Position numbers and translations under genes: made by a program
Notes under the pieces: model-generated
Database searches by the model: none
What the model saw: only the letters and a program-made list of their open reading frames with translations
Told to the model about the DNA's origin: nothing
Shown: positions 52,421 through 64,000 of the stretch, one piece after another
Layout of the letters: each line of letters opens with the position of its first letter
How positions within the stretch are numbered: position 1 is the stretch's first letter
NCBI GenBank assembly: GCA_015680685.1
Contig: MNCI01002453.1
Location: forward strand, 247,710 to 311,709
Direction: 5' to 3'
Length of the DNA stretch: 64,000 nt
Source of the DNA: Gnetum montanum
Taxonomy: Eukaryota; Plantae; Gnetophyta

Positions 52421-53521
52421 TGATGCTACCCTATATGGTCTTCTCATCAATTGGTCCATGATAGAACATAAGATTTGAAACATTAAAAATAAAATACATA
52501 TTAGCATTGTTCGGTAAATCAATCTCAAAAGTGTTATCATTGATCTTAGCCTTTATTTTGAAAGGCCCCATATTTTTGGCTTCCAATTTTGAGAATTTAA
52601 TACCTTTTAATCACTTCTTCTTTAAGTGCACCCAAACTAAGTGATCAACAACAAAATCAGATGTCATTTTACCCTCATTCCTCTTGAGGAATCTCCCTTT
52701 AGCCTTCTTTTCAAGATTTGATTTTACTTTTGCATGGAGATATCTCATCTCTTGTACAAAATCAACATTGTTATTCTTCAACATGAAAGCTCTTCAAAGT
52801 ATCCACTATCTTTGGACAAAAATCATAGTTCATGTCAAAAGGGCTTTTGCCAATAGCAACATGAAAAGCATTATTGTATGAAAGCTTAGCACGACACAAT
52901 AAGTTTTTCCACCTATTTGACTATCCATCATACAAACATCTCAATATTTTTAGTAAGGATTTATTTAACACCTTTATTTAGCCATTAGATTGTGGATGAA
53001 GTGCACTAGAAAAATTCAAATATTTTCCTAACATCTTTAAAAATGACCTCTAGAAATGACTTGTAAACTTGGATTCTTTGTCACTGACAAAATTTAAAGG
53101 AATACCATAAAATTTCACTACATGCTAGAAAACAAAGTTGCCACATGAGAAGCATCACTGACCTTCTTGCATGGAATAAAATGTGTCATCTTGGAAAATC
53201 TATCCATAACAAAAAAAATTGCATTATTTCTACTCTTTTTCTTTGTAATACCACCCATAAAGTCCATTGACATGCTTTTCCATGGACCTTTAGCAATTGG
53301 CAAAGGCATATAGTGTCCATTCATACCTTTACCTTATTTGAACTTTTGATATGTCAAGCATTCCTTCATAAATTTTGAAACTTTTCTTGCCATACTAGGG
53401 CAAAAAAATATGCATATCCACAAGTTCCAATGTTTTATCCCTACCCATGTGACTTGCCATGTTACTACAATGTTTTCCAAAAAAAAATATTTTTTCTAAA
53501 ATAATAATTAGGAACACATAC

Positions 53522-54390
53522 TAATGAGCGTCAGGTGCTCCCTACGCCCAACCATATGAATCACAAGAGTTCATGCATGATTCGGTCAAATTCCTTGGAT
53601 GGAACTAGTTGTGAAATCTAGATTACTAAGTATTGATCAAAAGACATTGTCTTCCCACTTGGACTAGTGGTAGCTTTGTCATGTATGGTTTAGTCCAAAG
53701 TGAGACATGATAATTGATGTTATTAGGCTCATTTTACTCTTAGTGATAAACATAACTGAGAATGAAATTTAATCCTAAGTATAAGTAATGGTGGTAATGT
53801 AAATCTACTCTAGACTAGGCTTACCATATATACTTTAGGCTCATGTAACCATTATCGAGTTATCAAGCATTATGCTACTGGGTGAACCAAGCTATAATAC
53901 TTTTGGGATTACCAAACAATTACACTTAATTTGTACCCATTTTTCTTTATTAATGAACAAGAAATTAAAGTAATTAGCAATGTAAATGATTAAACTAAGA
54001 AAACAATAAAAACTATGCTAAGTGAAATAGTATCACTAAGTGGGTGCTGCAATGATGAAAAGCAATCTTGATCTTTATTTTTGGACATGAACTATGCCCA
54101 AGTACACTTCACTCAAATAAAAATTTCATACAACTACTCATCATCACATTGTGAGCATTTACTTTCTATTGCTAAGTTATGAAAACAAATTGATAGAGTT
54201 CTATTACTAATTGACCAAAAGGTGTCCAATACATTGCAAAAGTCTTGTATTTTTAGGCATTTCTTATAATTGTGACATCACATTTACAACATCACCAAAT
54301 AGATGTGACATTGCATCTACAACGTAGTAGATGTGATGTAGCATCTACGACATAGCATCTATGATATCATAGCTAACTTATGACTCATCA
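53522..54390 (-). mobile_element. Athila-like (A-related) solo LTR in the D integrase
   Basis: TAATGAG...CTCATCA termini; start homologous to 904 onward; probable TSD CATAC; host frame LFKNRKV|CVP rejoins. Confidence 0.8.
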
Positions 54391-54877
54391 TACTTTTCTA
54401 TTCTTAAATAATGGTTCATCTTGAATATGATAGTTTCTCCATTGGTCTATCCTACTCATAAATGGCTCTTTGAGACTCCTTTGAACCTACCCAAAATTAA
54501 CATCATGTTTGTACAAAGAAGAAAAATCATATGTACCTTCCACATGAGGTATGCTGAAATTCACTACATGCACCCTATATAATGTATGATCCACCATATT
54601 GGCTTTCTAATTTTTGTGCTTCATCACAAAATTGAACTCTTGTAACTGTGCAAATTACTTTGTGTGCTTTACACTTATTTTGTGAGTTTAGATATTAAAG
54701 TGCTTTGCAGTCTGTCATCAAGGTGTTCTTGGATAATATGTAATGCCTCTAATGCTTAATTACTTGAGGAAGAGCATACAACTCCTCATAAATGCTATAT
54801 TTTTTCCTTCACTCATTCAAATTCTTGAAAAAGAAAGTAACAGGTCTATCTTCTTATGAAAGTACCCCACCAATGGC

Positions 54878-57800
54878 TGTAAACTGAGAACTCAGAAGGG
54901 ACATTGAATAGGTTCTCCAAATTAAACAACCAAGATAACCAAAATCACACATAATTTTTACATACTTCCCCAACTTGGGTATGCCCACACTTTAAGGGGA
55001 GAATCCTTGTACACCTCTTGACTTTGTTCCTTCAAAATGTGGTTTAGATGGCACCACAAACTTTAAAAAGTTTGATCTCTACTTTGAGTGTTTTCTCACT
55101 AGAAAAACACTCAACCCCACAAGGTCCCAACAAGATCAATGCCTTTCCACAAGAAGCACATCAAACCCACATGGCTTACAAGAAGAGAGAAAGAGTCAAG
55201 AAAAGAGTGTAACTCACTTTACAAATTCCTTATAATAAATCTCTCAACACATACAAAAATTCACAAATAATGAACATAATAAGGAACAAAGCCAATTTAC
55301 TTGATATACAATAATGGGATTGATCAATGAACAATGATTATACATTTTCCAAGAATACCACTTTTTTTATACCCTTTTAAGTTTCAAAAACTCCTCAAAA
55401 TTCTTACAACGGCTAGGAAATGACTAGCTATGATGTCGCATTCGAGCTTGGGATGTCTATCTAAAAACAACCTACATTCAGGTGGGAAATCCCACTAAAA
55501 ATTGGGACATCTCACTTGGGATGTCCTAACTAGGACATCCTAGCAACAATTGGGACATCTACTATTTATTTGGGATGTCTAGCCTACAACTGTACTTTCA
55601 ACTTTGGAACATTCCTCTAACATTTTGACATCTCTATAACACCTTCATTTGGATTGTAGACTTTGTATTCTAATTTAAAATTTGTTTCATCTCTGATTGA
55701 CATCCTAACTCTCATTTTGTCATCTTACCTTAGCTATTTTTTTACCATCTTAGCTCTCATTTTTTCATCCTAGATCTTAATTTCATCATGCTTTTGATTT
55801 GCTCTTGTTCATGCTTTGTTCTTTCCTAGTCCTACCAGACCATAAAAACACACTTTTTACATTCTCCATTTTTTAAGGTTTTGACACACCAAAAGGTTAA
55901 CAATCTTTCCCATTTTGGTAATGTCCAAAACTTGGAAAATGGATTAGCACAAAACATAACATAAAAGTATAACTTAATTAAATCCCCCTTTTTGGGCATT
56001 AACAAAAATAAGTTTACCTAGGGAAACTCCCCATAAACATATGCTAGAAATTTTTTTGTATGAAATATATATATATATATATATACACCTGAGAGGATAA
56101 GGTCCTATCCCCATGTCTTTACATAAGGTAGTTAGTCTTCATTCATCAAGAGACTTGGTTAATGCATCAAAAAGTTGAATATCTATCCCAATGTGTTCTA
56201 GCTTTATATGGCCAAGTTGAGTATGTTCTTGTATGAAATGATGAAAATTTTCAATGTGTTTTGTACAAAAATGTTCAATAGGATTATTTGTCATGTTGAT
56301 AGCACTATTTTTGTTGTAGAAGATAGGTGTAGAATTTGATTGGATCCCTAGATCCTTGAGAGTTTCCTTCATCCATAAAATTTGCACACAGTAGCTTCCA
56401 ACTAAAATGTATTCTACTTCTATCATAGAAAGTGTTTTAGATGTTTGCTTCTTTATTGCCTAGACATGAAACTTTTTCCTAGAAAGAAGCAATTACCACT
56501 TGTGCTTCAATGATCATTTGTATCACTTGCCTAATCTACATCAAAATACCCAAGAAGATTAAGTGAGGAGTCCTTTGAATACCAAAGTTTCCAATCAGTA
56601 GTACCTTTTAAGTAATGAAAAATTAATTTAACAACTTTTAAATGTGATTCTTGGGATTAGGTTGATACTTGATACAAATTCCAACACTTAATGTTATAAT
56701 AGGCCTAGTAGCAATTAAGTGGAGTAAACTACCAATCATACCTCTATAGCACTTTAGATCAAGAGACTTTTCTTGATCATCTTTGATAAGTTTAAATTTT
56801 ACAGCAATAGGTGTATTTTCTTCCTTCATATTTGCTAAGTTGAATTTGTGTAAAAGATATTTGTTGTACGTGGTTTTACAAATGAAAGTTCCACCTATCA
56901 TTTGATTGATTTGAAAGCTAAGGAAATTATTGAGTTCTCCCATCATGCTCATTTCAATCTCTTTTTGCATAATATTTGAGAATTTCTTGCACAAAATCTC
57001 ATTAGTAGCTCCAAATATAATATCATCAACATAAATCTACAGAAAAAGTAAATCTTTACCTTCATGTTTAAGAAATAAGATAACATATTTCCTACCTCTT
57101 TCAAAACCATTAGATATAAGACGATATAAGAGTCTATCATACCAAGCTTTAAGAGCTTGTTTGAGCCCATAGAGAGCCTTCTTTAGTTTGAAAAAATAAT
57201 CTAGATGAATTGGATTCATAAATCCTTTAGGTTGTTCAACATAAACTTCTTCTTGAATAGTCCCATTCAATAAAAAACTCTTCACATCCATTTGATAAAA
57301 CTTGATGTTTTTAACACTTGTATAGGCTAAGAGAAGTCTAATGGATCTAAGTCTGGCCATAGGAGCAAAGGTTTCATCAAAATCAATTTCCTCTTATTGA
57401 TTATATCCTTTGGTAACTAACCTAGATTTGTTCTTATAATGTTGTTATTTTTGTCTGTTTTGTACTTAAAAATCCATTTGGTTCTAATAATTTTTTTTTG
57501 ATTGGATTTAGGAGTTAATTCCCATGCATCATTTCTAGTGAATTGATTCAATTTTTCTTACATGGCTAAATTCCACCCTTTAATTCTACCACTTTAAAAT
57601 TGTTAGGTTCAAGTTGTGAAAGATAGATAGCATAAGCACACATTTCTTTTGTTTGGATCCTAGTTGGATTCCATCTTTTACTTGTCCAATAACATCATTG
57701 AGAGATTTTTATCTATGAAGTCTGGGCATTTTGGGCTAAGTTAAAGACATAACCTCAATTTGAATAACTTCTTATTTCTGAATCTTTATCAATTTGAACT

Positions 57801-60800
57801 TGGGAAGTGTTAGATATATTTTGGATATGAACTTCTACATCATCAAATTATGGAGTAGAATCATCACTATCATCTATATTAACATTTATAGTTTCCTCCA
57901 TAGTATTAGTTATTTTGTTAAAAACATGAGAAGCCCTACTAATAGTTGAATATCCTAGAAAAAAAAATTTGATCAGTTTTGGGCCAAAATTTTTCTCAAA
58001 GCATCTTTGTCATTAAGAATATAACATTTTGAACCAAAAACATCAAAATAACCAACATATGGCTTTCTACTAGTCCATAATTCATAAGGATTTTTAGTAG
58101 TGAATCTTCTTATCAGAACTTTGTTGGAGACATAACAAGCAGTGTTGATCACGTTAGCCCAAAAGTGATAAGGAAAATTTTTGTCATTCAAAATAGTTCT
58201 TTCCATTTCATTCAAGATCCTATTTTTTCTTTTCAAAACACCATTTTTTTGAAAATTCATGAGGGTAGAAAATTGATAAATATATTTTCTTTCCCCAACT
58301 AAGAGTTTGAGTAGGACTAATCAAATCCATGTGAAGTAAATCTAATGGATGATAGGTATATATGCATTTTTTCTTACCAAATCTTACCCTTGTTTTCTTT
58401 CCTTTCTGAAAAGCCTCAAAAGTATTCAAAGAGAAATCCTTGAGCTTTTGGTAATCCTCAAACCATCTCTTTTAAGACAAGGATTTGAAGATTTTCTTTG
58501 TTTCCATAACCTAATTTTATGTGCCACATACAAACATGATTTGTACTCTTGATCAAACAGTTAGATTAAAGGTTAGGGTTATCCCAAAAAATAATAGTAT
58601 AAAATTTTTCCTTTTTATTCCCTTTAATAATTATTTTTCCAAATATCAAATTTTTTACTTTACAAGTATCTTTACAAAATGTAACATCAAAATTTGAATC
58701 ACAAAGTTGACTAACACTAAGAAGATTATGTTTTAGTCATTTAACAACAAAGATTTGATTGATAGTAGCTTGACCCTTACCTTTACCTCCATTAGTATTA
58801 ATACCTTTGATTGGAGCTTTTATGTCATCTCCAAAGGTGATAGTTCCACAATTCTATTATGAAAAGTATAAGAATTGAGATTTGTCTCCTATCATCTATC
58901 CTGAACAACTGCTATTAATGTACTATGTGCTTGTTTTAACAACAGAGAGTGTACCTTGTGTAATCATTCATTGTTTAGAGTTCTTCTCTTTTTTCTTTAA
59001 ACTTTCTTTTCCTGCAAAGCACCTTTTCTAGGCTATTTTGGAAAAGACCAAGTATAGTATTTTAACCATAAATAACAACAAGCTTGAACATGTCCAATTT
59101 TTCCACAATAGAAACAATTTATGTTTTTAAATTTAATTGCATTATGAAACCTAGGAGAATATTTCTTTAAATTTTTAAAACCTAATGATGATGCTTTGAT
59201 GTGTAGATGTCTTCGGTCTTGACCTCTATCTTCAATGTGTCTTTCAAAGTTGAGCTTTTCATCTAATAATTTCTTGTTAGTTTGCTCAACAACACTAAAC
59301 CCTAAACCCTAAACCTCAAACATTAGATATTAGTTTTTTTCTTAAGATATAAACATTTATAATTAAGAGTTAGAATTATTATTTCCTTATCATGCAAAAT
59401 CTCTTTCATTTTAAAGCATACATTTTGAAAGGAAATAACCTCATTACAAAGTAAACCATACCTTTCTTCCAAAGTAATTTCATCTTCTTCACCTTTACCA
59501 TAAGATGTTAAATCATTGATGGATTCTTGATTTGTCATGGAAAGACATAAATAATGAGTATTTGTATGCATAGCTTGCTTATCATTTTTCATCCCACTTA
59601 GTATTGATGTTGGTAGTCCTTATTTCTTTATTAAAATCTTCTTCATGCAACTTGAAAGTATAAGATCTTTTGGAGGCTATATGGCCTCTTCCATTGCATA
59701 TCTAACATTACATAGAGGAATCATTATGATCAAAAAATGTACATTACTTACCTCTTACCTTACCTTTGTGGTAGATGAATTGAATGCAGCTCTCCAATGA
59801 ATTTGATGATTCTTGTCAATCTAGCTCTTCAATTTGTAAATTTGAATCCATTTGTTATTGGTGGCTTGGTGTTTTATGCCCCTTCCATTATTCACTCTTA
59901 AGAAGGTAAAACTTCAAACTTGAGAGTATTGGGCTCTAATACCACTTGTGCAGCAAGAACTTAGAAGACAGGTTGAATAAGTTCATTAAATTAAACAACC
60001 AAAATAACCAAAACAACATACAATTTTTATGTGGTTCTCCAACTTTGGGTGTATTCACACTTGGAGGGTAGAAGCCTTGCACACCTCTGGACTTTGTTCC
60101 TTCAGAATGTGATCTAGAAGGCACCATAATCTTTATAAAGTTTAAGCTCCTCTTGAAGTGTTTTCTTGCTGGAAAAAAACTCAACCCTTAAAGATCCCAA
60201 CTCAAAATGTATTTTCAAGGATCTCAAAACATTTATAAAATGTGAGCTCTGCACTAGAGTTTTTCTTCACTATGAACATACTCAACCTCACAAGGTGCTG
60301 ACAAGCTTAATGAAGATGCCTTCCTACAAGAAGCACAACAACCCTATAAGGATTATAAGAAGAGAAAAAGAATCAAGAAGAGAGTGTAACTCACTTTACA
60401 AATTCATTACATTAAAGTTCTCAACACATACAACAATTAATAACAATTCACAAATGATGAAAAAAATGAGGAACAAAGCCAATTCACTTGATATACAATA
60501 ATGGGATTAATTAATGAATAGTGCTTGTACATTTTCCAAGAATTCCACTTTGTTTAATAGCCCTTTACTTTTTAAAAACTCCTTGAAATTAGTGCAACAA
60601 CTAGGAAATAACTAGTTGGAATGTCCCATTCAAGCTTGGGATATCTATCTAAAAATAGCCTACATTCAGATGGAACATCCCATTGAAAATTAGGACATCT
60701 CACTTGGAACATCCTAACAACAATTGGGATGTATGTTTCTTATTTAAAAAGTCTAGGCTACAATTGTACTTTCAACTTTGGAACGTTTTTCTAACAGTTT

Positions 60801-61065
60801 GACATCTTGGAAAATCTTGTAACACCTTCATTTGTCTTGTAGACTTCATTTTCTAATTGAAACATTATATCATCTCAGATCAGCATCTTAGCTCACCTCT
60901 TGTTTTGTCATCTTGGATCTCATTTTGTCATCCTAGCTCTAGATCTCATCATGCTTTTGGTTTGCTCTTATTCATGCTATGTTCTTTCCTAGCCTTGTTA
61001 GACCACATAAACACACTTTCTAGATTCTCCATTTTCTAAGGTTTTGATATACCAAAAGATTAACA
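54878..61065 (-). mobile_element. SIRE-like Ty1/copia element F (LTRs 54878-55902 and 59947-61065), decayed gag-pol, no env seen
   Basis: TG...CA LTRs; PBS TGGTATTAGAGC (tRNA-iMet, 59933-59944); multiple PPTs 55903-56035; two zinc knuckles; LDLLHMDL; FYQMDVKSF; LYGLKQA; TKHIE; flanking ATGGC repeats. Confidence 0.9.
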
Positions 61066-62457
61066 AAAAGATCAATAATGGCAAGTCCTATTGAATCCAC
61101 CTCCACTTGAAAAAGCTTTTGAAAATCTAGAATTGTAAGCATTAGTTCACTAGTAATCTTTGCTTTTAACAAGTCAAAGCTTCCTTGGGTTTCATTATAC
61201 CATCTAAAATATTTATTTTTCTTTAATAGAGTAAACATAGGCCATTAAATATCACTTAATTATTTTATGAACCATCTATAAAACCTTACTAAACTAAGGA
61301 ATGATATTAGCTTCCTAACATTATTAGGAGTTGGGCAATCCCTAATAGCCTTCACCTTGGTATCTTCCATCTAAATCTGATTTATAGAAACCACATGTCC
61401 CAAATATGTGATTTCACTCTTGAAGAAATGAATTTTCTTCACATTGATCAATAGTTGTACCTTCTCCAACTTAAGACACACCATCCTTAAGTAATTCCAA
61501 TGCTCTTCCTCATTAGAACTATATACCAAAATATCATCAAAAAAGATAATATAGCACTTACCAATCAAGTACTTCAATACATCATGCATCAGCCTCATGA
61601 ATGAATGTAGCAAGTGCATTCATGAGCCCAAATGACATCATTAACCATTCAAACAATGCATCTGGTGTTTTGAAAGCTGTCTTCCACTCCTCACCAAGCC
61701 TGATTTTATTTGATGGTACTTACTCTTCAAATTAATTTTCCTAAAAATATCTACATTGGTAAGAAAATTAAGGATTTCATCCATCCTTGGAATAGAAAAC
61801 TTGTACCTTGCTAGTATCCTATTCACTATCCTAGAATCAATACATTCCTCCATTCATTGATGTTCTTCTTTGACACAAGTATTGCTGGAATTGCACAAGG
61901 TGAAATGGACTCCCTCACAAAGCTATTTTCAAGTAACCCCTTTATTTGCCTTTCCAATTCAACCCTATGATTTAGTAACATTTGGTAATCTCTCTTGTTT
62001 GAAATGGTAACACCAAGAATGAAACGAATTTGATGTTGTACATTCCTCATTGGTGGTAGTCCATTTAATTCTCCTTTGAAAACCTTGGAAAACTTCTCTT
62101 TTAAGTCTCTCATACTTGTAGGAAGTTCAACATGCACATCATTATGATTAGTAGCAACTATTATCATAACAACAAAACCAAAATTAGTTTCATCTTATTC
62201 CTCAATATATTCCCTCTCTCCTAGAAGGATAAAGAAAGCATTAAGTAAGTTTTGCTAACTCACTTATTCAATATCCATAAGAATCAAATCATGTATTCCA
62301 TTAGGTCTAGCAACACTCCATACATTTCTTCCTCCATTAAACTAAGCACCATTATCAAAATTCCAATATCTACCAAGAATTACATCAACACAATATATTG
62401 GAAGTACATCACACTTCACAACATGAAAATCTTTAATTTAAAATTTTAAAGTACATT

Positions 62458-64000
62458 TGATGAATCCTTAGTTGGCTAGGTTATCTAATAAACATTCAAC
62501 TTTTTGATTGGCTTCAATATCTTAGCCTTGATATCCTAGCTCAAATAACAAGGCTCTAATAATAAGGCTTTGATAATAGGCTCTGATAACAAGGCTATAA
62601 TAACAAGGCCCTAATGTTGGGTATTCAATGCTGGAGCCTTGACATTGGGTATCTGATGTCAAAGCCTAGGATGCGATGTTGGATATCTGATATCGTGGGG
62701 TATACGTTGGCCTATAAATATAGTACTTAGGCTTATGATTTGGGAATAGTTTTTTCATAGTTTTATTAATAAAGTAGCTGAATTCTTGCAATTTTATTCT
62801 GTAATCTTAGAGAATAGTCAATGAATTCCCACAGAGTGAATTTGAGTCAATTGTACAAAGTCTTATTCAACTGGCAACGTACCTGAACATATTGCATGAG
62901 CAGCAATAAGATTGAGATTGATTCTTATTCATTGTAGCACTTTGACTTAGATTATATTTACTTTCCATGTAATTTACTTTTCATGTACTTAGTTAATATT
63001 TACATTTTCATGCATGTTAATTAATTAGGCACATAAGTATAATCACTTCAAGCATGCATATTACTCTTGGTAATCCCAGCAACGCATAACATTTGGTAAC
63101 TCAGCAACATTATATGTGTTCAGGATGTACATGGGAAGTGGGATCAGATACTTATGTTATAGTAGTTGATTATTAATTAGCAATTAGATTAGTTTAATTG
63201 ATTATAATGTGAGTTTTAGCCTATTGTTAATCATAGAATAATAAAATATAAAATAATAAAAATCATATGCATCACTCTATTCTAAACCATACATGACAAA
63301 GCTACCACTAGTCCAAGTGGGAAGATAGTGAACTATGATCAAGGCATAGCCATCTAGATACCACAACTAGTCCCATTCACAAAATTTGACCAAATCATGC
63401 ATGAACGCTTGTGATTCATATGGTTGGGTATAGGGGTACCTCACCACTCATCGTTGGCATCATTGCTAGGGATGATGCTAGTTCTCTAGATTAGTTATAT
63501 TATATAAGATCATTGTAAAGGTATTAATGATCTATCTCTTAGAAAACATTAATATTTTAAGTCACACACATTTTTAGACAAAACCACATCTTCTTCACAT
63601 AGGATCAATAATACATTGTATGATGAGAACATTTGTAGGAGAAATGATCAAATATATATTGAAGAAAATTGGTGTTAAAAACCTAGAGAAGGGATTTCCT
63701 ATGCTCATTTAGACCCTTACTACACTTAAAGACTACATTCAACTAGTGCAAACAATCCTAGAGGATATGGAGTAAGTCCTAGATCAAGAAGGGCATCAAG
63801 GCCTAAGACCCCCTCCAAACCTAGACAAGATAAATCAAAGGACCAAAGAGAGAACTATAAGAGCCATGGTGATTCTCCCAGTTCTTCATATTCCTCTTCC
63901 TCTTCAACATCTAGTTATGATGAAGATGAATGTAGGTATAGAGATAGAGCTCCAGTACGAGGTCAAGACAAAGATAGAAATTGAACCCAAGGGAAAAATC
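62458..64000 (+). mobile_element. 5' end of another Athila-like element: LTR 62458-63453, PBS 63455-63472 and start of a gag-like region
   Basis: TGATGA...CTCATCG; the 3' part is the reverse complement of the A-LTR end; PBS TGGCATCATTGCTAGGGA; HGDSPSSSYSSSSSTS resembles A1 HGDGSPSSSPSS. Confidence 0.8.

Larger units (their letters stand above)
51203..62457 (-). mobile_element. CRM-like chromovirus D (3' LTR 51203-52218; INT+chromodomain 52250-53521; RH/INT 54391-54877; PR-RT-RH 61083-62457); carries two nested insertions and is cut at 62458
   Basis: PWKSMSMDFMGG...DRFSKMTHFIPCKKVSDASHVATLF, KINDNTFEIDLP, LPPMRNVQHQI, SPCAIPAILVSKK, FFDDILVYS; PPT near 52220-52235. Confidence 0.87.

Overview
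Gene-free plant heterochromatin, most likely from a gymnosperm, made almost entirely of nested, decayed LTR retrotransposons. No intact host gene, RNA gene or CRISPR array is supported. Left half: a minus-strand Athila-like gag-protease-only family forms a head-to-tail tandem with a shared LTR (904-1905). It is interrupted by a full-length plus-strand Tat/Ogre-like element (7089-23173, TSD GTCTT/GTCTC). The Athila tandem itself sits inside the integrase of a minus-strand Tat element with the order PR-aRH-RT-RH-INT. That Tat family also forms a shared-LTR tandem (24297 to about 48100), and its LTRs carry captured LRR-receptor-kinase fragments. Right half: a copia remnant, a CRM-like chromovirus with a chromodomain inserted into it, and a SIRE-like copia, a solo LTR and another Athila-like element inserted into the chromovirus. 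Most notable: the Tat/Ogre element carries three sense-strand clusters (about 19 copies) of a hairpin+TAAACT motif. The motif closely resembles the plant-virus 'coremin'/Box-1 Xrn-blocking RNA (GUCCGAAGACGUUAAACUAC, recalled from the literature). The clusters lie at the gag-pro stop, just before pol and just after the pol stop, and the stems show compensatory changes. All coordinates were read by eye; no searches were run.
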